A DNA stretch of 64,000 nt. Source: Octopus vulgaris. Taxonomy: Eukaryota. How positions within the stretch are numbered: the first letter of the stretch is position 1; every line of letters starts with the position of its first letter. The notes beneath the pieces were generated by a model. The model worked only from the letters and a program-made list of their open reading frames with translations. It made no database searches and had not been told where the DNA came from. Of this stretch, positions 43,011-56,891 are shown piece by piece. Position numbers and translations under genes: made by a program. The DNA is taken from the NCBI GenBank assembly GCA_951406725.2, contig OX597832.1:20212001-20276000 (forward strand), read 5' to 3'.

Positions 43011-43249
43011 AAGAAACACATGGTGCAGTGTTTTACAATCTTGTAAATAAAAAAACGTATATTAAAACCATTCGCACCGAAAGCATATATATATATATAC
43101 ATAAATATGAGAGAGAATCCACTATATGGACGCCCTTACGCGTTTTTATGCGTTTTTTATGCGCTAAACCACTGGTGTTAAATTGATATTATTAAATTGA
43201 TATCCAATTTTTTCACCCTCATTTTGATTATATATATATATATATATAT

Positions 43250-43425
43250 TGTAGTGTTTACGAAAAAAAAAAAAGACGAAGATAGGTGGTGTAGAAAACA
43301 AACATATGTATTAGTATAACGCTCAGGAATAGAAAAATCTTTTACGTTTCGAGCCTACGCTCTTCTACAGAAAGAGCCACAGGAAAAAAAAACAATGAGA
43401 GAAAACATGCGTGTAGTGGCTACAT
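43250..43425 (-). mobile_element. Family H element (HHR 43338-43375)
   Basis: UCUUU|CUGUAGA|A|GAGC-GUAG-GCUC|GAAA|CG|UA|AAAGA. Confidence 0.75.
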
Positions 43426-43630
43426 GCTTCAAAAATTATATATATATATGTATATATATAATTTTTGAAGCATTATGCAGAATGTTTCTGACAAAAACAA
43501 AACATTTCTCTGTCTATGTCCTTCGCCTCTTGGACTAATGATGCAAAAGACACAAACATACACAACATGCGTACATATAATATAAACACAGAGACACATA
43601 CCCATGCAGATATGAGCGCATATGAAAGAG

Positions 43631-43790
43631 CCAATGGTAAACACCTGTATATATGACTTGTATACGTTATAGATGGGCCTGTGACGTCAGTGACGTCTTC
43701 TGTTGTGATTGGCATCAATAACAACCAGCTTATTCTGGATAATAGTTTCCAGTTACAATCGTTTTGCAAATCCATTGACGTCTTATAAAA
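43631..43790 (+). promoter_or_regulatory. Candidate Pol II promoter-like motif cluster (CCAAT, CRE x3, TATA)
   Basis: CCAAT 43631, TGACGTCA 43682-43689, TGACGTC 43691-43697, ATTGG 43708-43712, TGACGTC 43776-43782 followed by TATAAAA 43784-43790; motif evidence only. Confidence 0.3.
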
Positions 43791-43943
43791 GGAGGATGAA
43801 GAGTGCTATTGATTTCAGATATAAAATCTTATCTCTATTCTTTGATAAACTGTATTATGTTACACATATGCACACGCATACATACATAAATGCATAACAC
43901 TTACGCACAAACACACATACGTATGTATATATATACATACACT

Positions 43944-44001
<58 letters not shown>

Positions 44002-44266
44002 GTGAAATAGAAAGATGAATAATCTTGTAGTAGATTAATCAAAAGTTTAACCGATACCTTAGTAGCAAAAATCACAGCAGTAAAACAGCACGGTTGGAGG
44101 TACAACCATATGGTGTTGCAACCGTGCGTTGGTGCGGATAATTGAAATTAGAACATTATTGGTGAATTGAAGAAATGGAGCTGAACGCAGATTGAACGAA
44201 ATCGTTTTATTTCATTCTACACGTGTTTCGAAGGCACAAATTACCAAAATCGATGGAATAATGGGA

Positions 44267-44302
<36 letters not shown>

Positions 44303-44361
44303 CTCCATTTTTCAATATATGTATGTATATATATATAATTATTTATATATATATAAATATA

Positions 44362-44401
<40 letters not shown>

Positions 44402-44644
44402 TACTCATATATTCACAAGCACAAACACACAAATACTGATATATATATAATGTATATATGTATGTATGTATGAAAGGAAGGCTAACAAACATAATGTCAT
44501 TTATATATGCATATGCACATAACCGTTATTGTACAAATACATAAAAATGAAGGCCCACTGCACATACACAAGCACACACACATGAATATAAATATAGCTA
44601 CATATGCATGCACATGCATTCATATGTGTGCATGTATATATTTA

Positions 44645-44698
<54 letters not shown>

Positions 44699-44748
44699 TC
44701 ACATATACATACACACACATACATATACATATGTATATACATACATAC

Positions 44749-44807
<59 letters not shown>

Positions 44808-44808
<1 letters not shown>

Positions 44809-45020
44809 CGGGAAGCTTTATGAAAATAAACAAAAGACGAAGGCAGGTGGAGTACAAACAAACAATTGTATTAGTATGGCGCTCAGGAATATAAATAAAA
44901 CAAGTCTTTTACGTTTCGAGCCTACGCTCTTCAACAGAAAGATACACAGAAAAGAAACACAGAAAGAAACAAGGAGAGAAAAAAATGCGTGCAGAGGCTA
45001 GCGAATCAACATGGCGATCT
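44808..45020 (-). mobile_element. Family H element (HHR 44905-44942)
   Basis: UCUUU|CUGUUGA|A|GAGC-GUAG-GCUC|GAAA|CG|UA|AAAGA; abuts (TA)n. Confidence 0.75.
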
Positions 45021-45437
45021 GATTTCGGCCAGAAGTCAAAGATCAAACGTGAAACGCAAGAGCGAAATTAGGGGAGATAATAGGGTTAAATGACCTCGCC
45101 CCAACATAAGAGTGTGTTTGTGTATGAGAGAGTATGACCCCTCCATCTCTTTACATCTGTGCCTGAGAACTTCTGTGACAGAGTGTACATATACACGCAT
45201 ATATGGGAGGGTGCCTGGATGGGCGTGTACATATGAATAAACGGAAGAATGGATGCATGCATGAATGTCCGCAAGGCTGTATAGTGCCCGAAATACCATT
45301 AACAAAATGTTCCCTGTCAGATCATCACATGTTGCAAACAATTTAACCCTACATTGTATCTCTGTTTTCTAAGCACAAATTCAGAACAGGAGCAATTTCT
45401 GTCTGTTCGCGGCAAAATACTAGTTATATATATATAT

Positions 45438-45506
<69 letters not shown>

Positions 45507-45762
45507 TGTGCGTATATATATATATATATATATTATTCTTTTTCACGTTTCAGTTATTTGACTGTTGCCATACTGGAGCGCCGCTTTGAAGGTTTTAGTC
45601 GAAGAAATCGCCCCCAGGACTTATCTTTTGTAAGCCGAGTACTATTAAATTAGAGAGAAAACCACTATTAAGCAAATCATACAATGAAAAACTTAAGCCA
45701 ATACATAATTTATATTATTTAAATTTATAGTATTTGGATTTATTCCATAATATTTATTATTA

Positions 45763-45834
<72 letters not shown>

Positions 45835-45869
45835 GTAAGTATATGTATATGTACGTGTTTGCGAATCTG

Positions 45870-46065
45870 TGATCGTACACCCAACCAACATCGCTTGACG
45901 ACCGATGTTGCTGTGTTTACGTCGCCGTAACTTAGCTTAGCGCTTCGGCATAAGAGACCGATAGAATAAGTAGTAGGCTTACAAAGAATAACTCCAGGGG
46001 TCGATTCATTCGACCATAGGCTGTGCTCCAGCAGGGTCGCAGTCAAATGACTGAAGCAAGTAACA
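45870..46065 (+). mobile_element. SINE family B, 3' half
   Basis: Matches family B tail; opposite-strand tail fragment at 45535-45635. Confidence 0.75.
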
Positions 46066-46143
46066 CAATAACAGGAAAATAAAGAATATACGAACAGCGA
46101 CTCACGCACATAAAGAATTACCCACGCTAACAAAACACATACA

Positions 46144-46179
<36 letters not shown>

Positions 46180-46219
46180 TATACATATACACACACATGC
46201 ATGAACCCGCACACACATA

Positions 46220-46395
46220 TATTTCTTTACTACCCACAAGGGGCTAAACACAGAGAGGACAAACAAGGACAGATTAAGTCGATTACATGGACCCCAGTGC
46301 GTAACTGGTACTTAATTTATCGACCCCGAAAGGATGAAAGGCAAAGTCGACCTCGACGGAATTTGAACTCAGAACGTAACGGCAGACGAAATACG
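46220..46395 (-). mobile_element. SINE family A, 5'-truncated
   Basis: atttctttactacccacaaggggctaaac..gaactcagaacgtaacggcagacgaaatac. Confidence 0.85.
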
Positions 46396-47481
46396 CACAC
46401 ATATAGCTTAGCACATGTTTTCTGTAACAAACGCTCGCACAAATAATTCAATACTTAAACATGCAGTTTTGTGTGTGTGTTTCTGTGAGCAACAGTGTGT
46501 GTGTATGCGCACGCGTGTGTGTGAATATATGTCTGTGTGTATATGTCTGTGTGTGTGTATATTTGTCTGTGTGTGTGTACTTAATATGTCACACATGCTT
46601 GACCAGTAGTAACTAATATTCTAAAAGGTCCTTTATAGATAGTCAGTTTGCTGACCGTCTGGACAAGGTATAAACATCTAAACATCGTTTGAGTGATACT
46701 TATCTGATCACAATGCACTTTTATATCCTATATTCCAACTTATCGTGGAGAGGTGTGTCTAAATATATGTATGTGCTAGGCTTTGTGAGTCAGTGCGAAG
46801 GTGAGGGTTCATCCACGAGGGTGTGTGTTCGTGTGGACTTTTTTCTCCGTTCAGCGAGTTAGTGAATAGTAAAATGCAAGTTATCCGGTGTCTTTTGAAT
46901 ACGAAGGACAGAAAACAAACTCAGCGGGGTTACAGAAAATCGCTCATTGAAAAGGGGATAAGAAAAGAAAAGAAGAAAGAGAGAATGAATGAATATGAAT
47001 GGGTTATAATAGGGGTAAACAAACATACAAATAGCAACTGTAGAATAAATTTTAAGTAGAAGCTATGATTGATGGGGATTCCCGTTCCCTCTTCACCGTA
47101 TCATTACGAACACCAGACTCTCACACACAATACATACGCGCATAGACCAATACATACATAGACCAATACACACATATACAGTAATGCACATGTCTGTGTG
47201 TGTCTATGTTTGTGTATCAACATGAAAATTAAAATGGTGGTAAACTAAACGCGAAAGTAAAAAAAGTATTCAGAAATATATATACATATATATATAACAA
47301 AAAAAGTCAGTAAAAGAGAAATAATAACATAAACAACAAGATCAACAGCTACAGCAATAGGGGTGGGGGACAACTTGGTTCCCTGCCCCTCGCTGTGAGA
47401 AATTTGTTATCGTATAATTACCAATACAAAGTTGGTGTCACTCGTGTTGTTCAGGAAACATATAATATTTGCCTTAATGTC

Positions 47482-47482
<1 letters not shown>

Positions 47483-47546
<64 letters not shown>

Positions 47547-47680
47547 TGATGATGATAATAATAATAATAATAACAACAACAACAACAATAATAATGATGA
47601 TAGTGATAATAATAATAACAACAACAACGACAACGACGACAACAACAACTATAAAAACAACAACAACAATAATAATAATC
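47483..47680. repeat. (AAT/GAT/AAC)n microsatellite
   Basis: Direct inspection. Confidence 0.95.
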
Positions 47681-47694
47681 ATGTGTATTATAGG

Positions 47695-47832
47695 AAAAGG
47701 TCTGACATTTTTGGGGTAGTGTGCAGTACGCAGCTAGTACTTAATTTATCGACCCCGAAAGGATGAAAAGCAAAGTCGGCCTCGGTGGAATTTGAACTTT
47801 GAAAGTAATGATAGTCGAAATACCGCTAAGCA
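47695..47832 (-). mobile_element. SINE family A fragment
   Basis: tacttaatttatcgaccccgaaaggatgaaaagcaaagtc. Confidence 0.75.
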
Positions 47833-47839
47833 CGATTGC

Positions 47840-48077
47840 AAAATGTTGGGGTTTGATTCCCTGACTGATAGCGCGTGGTGTTCTTGAGCAAAACGCTTCG
47901 TTTAATATTGCTCCTGACTCCCCTTCGATCAGGGCAATGGGGGCGGGGTGAAGAAATTTAGACTGTTCGCCTAGCCGGGGGGTGGCGTCATTTGAAGGCT
48001 AAAGCAATGCAAAAGGCGCATTGTGACCAACGATGTGTAACAAGATTCGACAAACTAGTTGGTCGCATGACCACATG

Positions 48078-48079
<2 letters not shown>
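47840..48079 (+). mobile_element. SINE family D (degenerate B-box, CORE-like motif and tail)
   Basis: gggtttgattccc..gtgttcttgagcaaaac; tail is the inverse of 20401-20528. Confidence 0.65.
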
Positions 48080-48126
<47 letters not shown>

Positions 48127-48186
48127 CACACATGACTGAGAGAACAAACTAAAGAAGTGCACTCAATATATTTCTCGGGAGTTACA

Positions 48187-48346
48187 TGTATGAATCAAAT
48201 CAGTTTGATTCAAATTCCATGGTACTTAGAGTTTCAAAGCACGAGTTGATGCTTATCGCTATCTCAATGAGCGATGATAAGCATCATCACTTCCTTTGTA
48301 ACTTTAAGCAATATGGAATTTGAATCAAACTGTTTTGATCCATACA
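48187..48346. repeat. 160-bp fold-back element
   Basis: ~72-75-nt arms (tgtatgaatcaaatcagtttgattcaaattccat..tgatgcttatcgct and its reverse complement) around a 9-nt loop. Confidence 0.85.
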
Positions 48347-48419
48347 CTCATACATACATACATACATACATACATACATACATACATACATACATACATA
48401 CATACAAAATATCCTTTTT

Positions 48420-48819
48420 TTTACTCTTTTATTCTTTTATTTGTTTCAGTGATTTGACTGCGGCCATGCTGGAGCACCGCCTTTAGTCGAGCAAATCGAC
48501 CCCAGGACTTCTTCTTTGTAAGCCTAGTACTTATTCTATCGGTCTCTTTTGCCGAACCGCTAAGTGACGGGGACGTAAACACACCAGCATCGGTTGTCAA
48601 GCAATGTTAGGGGGACAAACACAGTCACACATACATATATATATATATATATACATATATACGACAGGCTTCTTTCAGTTTCCGTCTACCAAATCCACTC
48701 ACAAGGCATTGGTCGGCCCGGGGCTATAGCAGAAGACACTTGCCCAAAAGTGCCACGCAGTGGGACTGAACCCGGAACCATGTGGTTGGTTAGCAAGCTA
48801 CTTACCACACAGCCACTCC
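48420..48819 (-). mobile_element. SINE family B, full length, young
   Basis: Near-identical reverse complement of 50259-50658 and 59293-59718. Confidence 0.92.
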
Positions 48820-49098
48820 ATATATATATATATATCCGTGTCGGTTGTCTGTTGTCTGGAATGGGATAGCTTAACTCATGGGCAGGTAGAAGCCTTGGAA
48901 TTTCGTGATTTTGTTAATTTCCATATCACACCGGCGAAAGTCTTCTTTTGCCAATAGGTGGGGGTAGTGCAGGGTAAGCTACATCCACTTAAAATTATTC
49001 ATTTTCACAGGTATTTCCTCTCTCTAAAAGTTGGTAAAATCATTGATCTGCTAAAAATGCACTTGTAATTTACTCCACCATATATATATAAAGAGAGA

Positions 49099-49141
<43 letters not shown>

Positions 49142-49953
49142 GGTATGTGCGGGTATGTATGTGTGTATTTGGGGATCTCTGAGTGTGGAAATAGCGAGTG
49201 ACATTTGATGAATTTAAACTACATATTGTAATTAATTTAAACGGCAATTTTAATTAATTTTTACAAAACTGTGCAAAAATGGAACTCGCAGTATAAATAT
49301 GATGTAAATATGATACATGGAAATACTACAACGAGCATTAATCGCCCATCTCCATTCTGCCTGTTGTATTTCCTCTTTTTAAATATGTAAAATATATTTA
49401 AATATGTCTATACTTCGCTCTATCGGTTTTCTCTTCACTCCTTGTTTGCTTTTCTCTTTTTCAGAGTTTCATCCTAGCTGTTTTTTCTCTTTTCTGTTCA
49501 TGACATACATATTATGTGTTAGTTCTATCTAAGAAATATTTGTTCCTATTGATAGATTAAGATTGAATATTTAGTAACATTTGATTTACAAATATAAATT
49601 CGACCTAATTTAAATTCAATACAGTTCAAACTTGATTGATTCCTCGGGATATCGCTATATATATTTGCTATTTATTTAGCGAAACACCAGCAAACATCCG
49701 GTTGTCAAGTTCAGTAAAGTATTTTAGTTGCACAATTTGATTTTATAAATATTTCATTGCACTGAAAAAAACACACAGACACTCACTAACACACACATAC
49801 ATACATTTAAACATGCACTTATGCATACAGATACACGCGCGTGCATTTGCACGCGTGTAATGAGACGTGCACACAAACACACGCACACTGGGGTTTGGGG
49901 TTTTGTTAACACTTTGTTAAATTGCATATTGGACTAAGTACTATTCTGTATGT

Positions 49954-50053
<100 letters not shown>

Positions 50054-50079
50054 CTATCTATTGGTCGTTTTATCGATCT

Positions 50080-50258
50080 CGGCATGCGCTAGCCACTACA
50101 CATTCTTTATTTTCTCTCCTTGTTTCTTTCTATATTACTTTCTGTGAAAGAGCGTAGGCTCGAAACGTTAAAGACATTTCCACTTCCCGAGCGTTATACT
50201 AATGCATCCGTTTGTTGTCTACACCACCTGTCTTCGTCTTTTTTAGTGAATTCTCCCC
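50080..50258 (+). mobile_element. Family H element (degenerate HHR 50138-50173)
   Basis: CUUU|CUGUGAA|A|GAGC-GUAG-GCUC|GAAA|CG|UU|AAAG; G8 mutated; directly followed by SINE B. Confidence 0.7.
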
Positions 50259-50658
50259 AGGCGCAGGAGTGGCTGTGTGGTAAGTAGCTTGCTTACCAAC
50301 CACATGGTTCCGGGTTCAGGACCACTGCGTGGCATCTTGGGCAAGTGTCTTTTAATATAGCCTCGGGCCGACCAAAGCCTTGTGAGTGGATTTGGTAGAC
50401 GGAAACTGAAGGAAACCCATCGTATATATATATATGTATGTGTGTGTATATGTGTGCGTGTATATTTGTGTTTGTCCCCCTAGCATTGCTTGACAACCGA
50501 TGCTGGTGTGTTTATGTCCCCGTCACTTAGCGGTTCGACAAAAGAGACCGATAGAATAAGTACTGGGCTTACAAATAACAAGTCCCGGGGTCGAGTTGCT
50601 CGACTAAAGGCGGTGCTCCAGCATGGCCGCAGTCAACTAACTGAAACAAGTAAAAGAG
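50259..50658 (+). mobile_element. SINE family B, full length
   Basis: Complete head, internal SSR, tail gaaacaagtaaaagag. Confidence 0.92.
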
Positions 50659-50693
50659 ATATATTACACGCTTACGTCGTTGCACCAGTTCAT

Positions 50694-50736
<43 letters not shown>

Positions 50737-50737
50737 T

Positions 50738-50884
50738 CGTGGTAAGAAGGTACCTTCCAAACCACATTGCTTTGGGTTCGGTCCCACTGCACGGCATTGT
50801 GGGCAAGTGTCTTCTATTATAGTCTCGGGCCGACCAAAGCCTTCTGAGTGGATTTGGTAGACGGAAACTGAAAGAAGTCCGTCA
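50738..50884 (+). mobile_element. SINE family B, 5' half
   Basis: Matches head. Confidence 0.8.
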
Positions 50885-51578
50885 TGCTATCTTCTCAATC
50901 TCAATAATATAAACGTGCGTTTACTATTTTAAAATCCTAGTATATGACACTAATGTAAAATCCGTAAAATCGTACAATGTTACTCGTGTTTAAGGCTACG
51001 TGGTTGTCCTTCGTTGCGCCCACCATTTTTCCGAGTGGTGAATTAGATATTTGAAAGATAAGAGTTTTGTTAACGAAGATAGTTTTGAGCTAGAAGCACG
51101 ATATGTGCAGGTAAATTTGATGTGGGTACAAGTCTTTAGTAAAATTTCTACTTGTCTGTCTGCGTCCACTTCCCTTACATCCAAGGAAATGTTAGTGAAA
51201 ATTTTCTTACTTTGGTTCCGTTCAAGAATTCATCTACATCGAATATCAGCGGCTTCCAATGCCAGTTGACCTTTGTTTGCACAAGAGTAAGACTGAGAGA
51301 CCGAGACCTTGTATTTAAATTTAAAAGGTTCCTGGGCAAGTGGTATAACTAGTTATTTACAAATACTTATTGTCATATATCGTTCTGTTGAGAAATGGTA
51401 TCGGAATACGAGTTTGTTGCTAGTTAACTAAATCGGGTTGATAAGTAAAGAGACCGTTCAAAAACTTGGGGGCCGTGGGGGAAATTAATTCACTTAAAAA
51501 GTGGACCTCAGTATTCAAAAGTTAGGGAATTACTGCCGTATGGGAGCTACAATAAGCATAATGATTATATGATTTTCG

Positions 51579-51790
51579 AGGCAGCGAGCTGGCAGAACCG
51601 TTAGTAAGCTAGGTGGATTTCTAGCGTTATTTCGTCTGCCGCTACTTTCTCAGTTCAAATTCTCCCGAGGTCGACTTTGCCTTTCATCCTTTCGGGGACG
51701 ATAAACTAAATACCAGTTGAGTACTGGGGTAGATCTAATCGACTCACCTCCTCTCCAAAAATTTCAGTCCTTGTACCTATAGCAGAACGG
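51579..51790 (+). mobile_element. SINE family A
   Basis: gcagcgagctggcagaaccgttag..gttcaaattctcccgaggtcgactttgcctttcatcctttcgggg. Confidence 0.85.
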
Positions 51791-52238
51791 TTTATATGAT
51801 TTTCATCAAAAGTCACCTACGGTAGGATTCGAACTTGCATCGTATCGAAAGGAGTACACAACATATTTTTGAATAATTCTCCCTAATCCTAAGGCTCCAC
51901 TGACACTGCCACGCCAAACATAACGATAACTTCTATAATATGCACAAAGCTACATATCTTGGTGGAAGAAGAAACAGACGATTAAATTGATTCGAGTACT
52001 TAACTGTTAGTTGTTTCAACGTCATCCATGTCTCATCTACCCACACCCACTCGTGGTGGGATATGAGCACACGGGACTTGAAAGGGACGTAGAGTGACGT
52101 AACTAAAACAGGGCAATTCATTTTGTCCCATCAGCCTAAACGATTCTTTTAATTCGCCACAGCTAATGAAAGGAGTCAAGAAGTAAATTGCGAACATACA
52201 CAAGGAAATACACACGATTAAGTGCATACATACATACA

Positions 52239-52272
<34 letters not shown>

Positions 52273-52275
52273 CAT

Positions 52276-52306
<31 letters not shown>

Positions 52307-53246
52307 TATATATATATATAATATGTATATATATGTATATATGTATACATACCAAATATATTTATGCATATGTATACATATGTATCTATATAAATAGATA
52401 TATGTAAATATATGTACATGTATATACATAAATGTCTTTCTTTTTCTCTCTCTCTTTCTATATTAATATATTTATGTATGTATATATATATATATATATA
52501 TGCATATATATATATGTATGTATGTATATATATATGTATGCATGTATATATATATATATATTTATGTATGTATATATGTATATATATAATGTATATATGT
52601 ATATATATAACATATGACGGGTAATTCCAGTAAATATATAAATAGTAGAAACATAAAGGGTATAAATAAAATTAATCCTTCTCATAATAAGATGAAACAA
52701 CCAAGTTCAGCAACAATAGCTTAGCATGGAGGAATGGAGAATGAATTGAACGAAACAAAAAAAGCGGTTTCTCATCTACCCTCATCTAATTGTTCTGTAT
52801 CCCAAACGGCAAATAGCCCTATTATTCCAGCACCTATGATATCGTTATTCCTTTAAGTAAAGGACAAAATACACGTGCCTCTGTCTTTGTCAAACAATAA
52901 TGTCAAATTATTATCGCCTACTCCACCTGCCACTCTTTCACAGCCACGAATAGCAACGACGCCATCTTCACCACGAGCAACATCGGCCGGCTCAACCACT
53001 TCTCATTTCTTTATGTGTAATTTCTATGTTGTCGTAGTTTGCGGTGGTGGTCGTCGTTTTGTTTTTTGTTTTTTTTTGTTTTTTTTTATTTATGATGTTT
53101 ATGTTGATGTTAGTGTTTTTTGTTGTTACTGTCGGTTGTGTGTAGTTGGTGTTATTAAATGAATGCGAATGTCTACAGACATGCACAAACATATAGATAT
53201 ATATAAACATTCATACTTAAACGTATATATACCGACCAGCTTGTGC

Positions 53247-53405
<159 letters not shown>

Positions 53406-53457
53406 GTGTGTATATGTACATATATATTTATATATATATAAATGTATATATGTATAC

Positions 53458-53512
<55 letters not shown>

Positions 53513-53527
53513 TAGATAGATACATAT

Positions 53528-53586
<59 letters not shown>

Positions 53587-54129
53587 CAGAGAGCGAGAAA
53601 GAGAGAGAGTTAAACATGCATGCATTTACATGTATACATATGTACATATATATCTGTGTCTATCTGTTTGTGTGTATAATAGATATGTATACACATTCAA
53701 AGATTCACGCACACAAGCATGCATAGATAGATTCATAAACACATATATACATATATAGTATGTGATAATTGTATGTGTTTGTAGTGTGTTTTCGTCAACC
53801 ACCCACTTATACACGCGACCATTTATTTAAAGTCATAAGCTGGTATGGATGGTAGAAACGGTGGTGATGGTGGTGGTCCTCGTGAGTGTTGGTAGCAGGT
53901 GGAGATGTATTCACGTTTAGAGCCCGGGGGGGATTCCCTATTGAACAAATGCGAGGCCTAAGGCGCACGTGTTGTGTCTGCGTATGCAAGTATATGAATT
54001 TGTATTTCCATGTATATATAATATATATGAGTGTGTACGTCTATGTTTATATATATATAATACAATATGGGACAAGAACGCAAAATATATATATAAACAC
54101 AGACACAAACGTACACACACACATAGATC

Positions 54130-54161
<32 letters not shown>

Positions 54162-54673
54162 TACATGTATATGTGTATGTGCCTGTGTGTGTCTGTGCCC
54201 CTGTGTGTTTACATGTGACTGTATACGTATGTAGACATAGGTATATGGATATATATACCATAGAAATATAAACGGAAGGTCTTGCGTTCGCGTATTCTGT
54301 GTATGCAGACGAAATATATACACCTATCTATATATCTAGAATATACATTATGTGAGGTATATGCGTGTATGTATTGTATGTGTTTGTGTATGTGGGTTTG
54401 CGTGTGTATATATGTATGTATATATATATATATAACACTTAGATATGTATGTTTACACACACACGCACACACACACATATATACATCTACATACATAAAT
54501 ATATACTTATAAACATGTGTAGGTTGTAATATGTATATATGTATGTATGTATATGCATAAGAATGTATGCATGTGTGTGTGTGTATATATGTATGTATAC
54601 ATATATATATAAGTACGTATATATATATATATATATATAAATATGTGAATATGTGAATTTGTATATGTATATG

Positions 54674-54705
<32 letters not shown>

Positions 54706-54707
54706 TG

Positions 54708-54799
<92 letters not shown>

Positions 54800-55462
54800 G
54801 TATTCACCCACGCACACACACATGATTTAGCGAAAAGTAGGATGCAAAAAAAAAATAATTAATAGATCTAGATTACATACATACCGCATTCCCGAATTTA
54901 TCCCAAGTACATCATTTAGTAAAAACACAATCAGTTATGAGCGCCAAAAAATATTTTAAGGCGAATCTACAGATAAAATACGATATTTTAATCCTTTATC
55001 ATCACACAGATTTATTGTATTATAAACCTTATCATCAGTTACTGAATAATACAAATATACATCGAGATGTAGGGAGGTACGGGTCGCATTGCTTTCAATT
55101 ATATGCTAATGTGGACAGGTTCTATGATATCGCGTTAATATTCTTTCGTTGCTTATTGAAAATCTTTATGGCTTTGTTAGACTTGAATGTAAAATTTTAT
55201 CAGACTGGGTGCGATAGTTTATCGAATGGCAGTTTCTGATCCATTATCTGTTGTTGATACACTTCATTTTCAAGGATCTACCATCCATTTATAAGATCAG
55301 AGAAGCAACAAAAATATATTGAGCATCAACATTTTTTTTTTTGTACTTTTTGTAAAATCTGTAAACATTATTAGAAATGGTATTAAATATTTTTTTCATT
55401 TTCTCATGGTTCCCCTAGCTTTTTTATGGATGTTTAATATATGTATTTATGTGTATATGTAT

Positions 55463-55529
<67 letters not shown>

Positions 55530-55689
55530 TGTATGTATATGTGAGTATGTGTGTATCAATATCACGGGTTTCCACATATTTTCCGTCTACCAAAGTCACT
55601 GGTTCCGGTCCGCCCGGGTTTATAGTATAAAACACATTTTAGCGGTTCAACAATTTCCCGAAAATATGTGCAATATTCTTAACCCCACG

Positions 55690-56045
55690 GCGTGACGTGG
55701 CTGAATGGTAAGAAGCTTGCTTCAACAACCATATTGTTCCGGTTTCAGTCCCACTACATGGCAGCTTGGGTGAGTGTTATCTACTATAGTCTCGGGCCTG
55801 CCAGAGCCTTGTGATTTGATCTAGTAGACGGAAATGGAAAGAAGCCTGTCACTATTTATAGTTATGCGCGTTTATTCCTGCCTCTCTTTGTCCCCTCCGG
55901 CCACTTGAGCGCTGTTGGTGTGTTTACTTAGCGATTCAGCTAATGATATCGATAGAATAAGTACCAGCCTTAAGAATAAAAAGAAGTATCGTGGTCGATT
56001 CATTCCACATAAAAAAAATCCTCAAGTCATAGCCCCTGCATGGCC
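55690..56045 (+). mobile_element. SINE family B, old degenerate copy
   Basis: Head and tail motifs recognisable. Confidence 0.7.
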
Positions 56046-56108
56046 ATATACAGTATATACAGTACATACATACATACATATATACATGCATACACACACA
56101 CACACACG

Positions 56109-56202
<94 letters not shown>

Positions 56203-56206
<4 letters not shown>

Positions 56207-56887
56207 GTCATCCCATAAGTTCTGTCCGATTTTACCGTTTTGTTAAAATTGAATGAAATTTGATAATATTTTAGAATTCTAATGGAATTAAAATTTATTT
56301 TTATGTATTTGTGTACATTTAAACTAATTAAATATTATTTTACAGAATAATAGAATTAAAATTGCTTTGATTAAAACCCTTGCTAATATGTAAGTATCCA
56401 AAGAGCATTTCAGGCACATAATACCTTACTAGTACAAAAAAGGAAACTCTGCAGCCGAAGCGACTCGAAACATACACTCAGATTATGGGAAAGAATGCTT
56501 GTATGAAAGAACTTGCAGATGGTTTACAAAATTCCGAAGTGGAGATTTCAGCCTTGAAGATGAAGAGTTCAGTTGAGTTTGATGATAAGCTCCTTGAGGC
56601 ATTACTTGAAGAAACTCCTGCATTATCAGTTGAAGAATTGGCAATAAAGCTAAGGTCAAACCATAGATCTGTTCATTGTCATCTTCAACAACTTAGAAAG
56701 GTTCCTAAACTTGTAAAATGGGTGCCTCATTAATTATCTGAAAGCAACCGCAAATCTCGTGTTGACATCTGCTCTTCTCTCCATTCTCGCGAACTCTTTT
56801 CACCCTTTTTGAATAGACTTGTTACTGGTGACGAGATATGGATCTTCTATCGAAATGTTAAACGTTGTAAACAGTGGCTTGGTAAAA
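56203..56887 (+). mobile_element. mariner (Tc1/mariner) transposon, 5' half; transposase pseudogene 56388-56887
   Basis: TA + TIR-like tcaggtcatcccataagttctgtccgattt; KEHFRHI..KKGNSAAEATRNI..WFTKFRSGDFSLEDE..KWVPH*L..FLNRLVTGDEIW (WVPHEL linker, first catalytic Asp), with stops and frameshifts. Confidence 0.92.
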
Positions 56888-56891
56888 GCTC

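Noticed and set aside
44205-44240. Minus-strand CGAAACACGUGUA (HHR 3' half with palindromic stem III)
   Set aside because: The 5' core is missing, replaced by (TA)n; fragment only
50996-51352. Overlapping short ORFs in unique sequence
   Set aside because: No recognisable domain and weak splice signals
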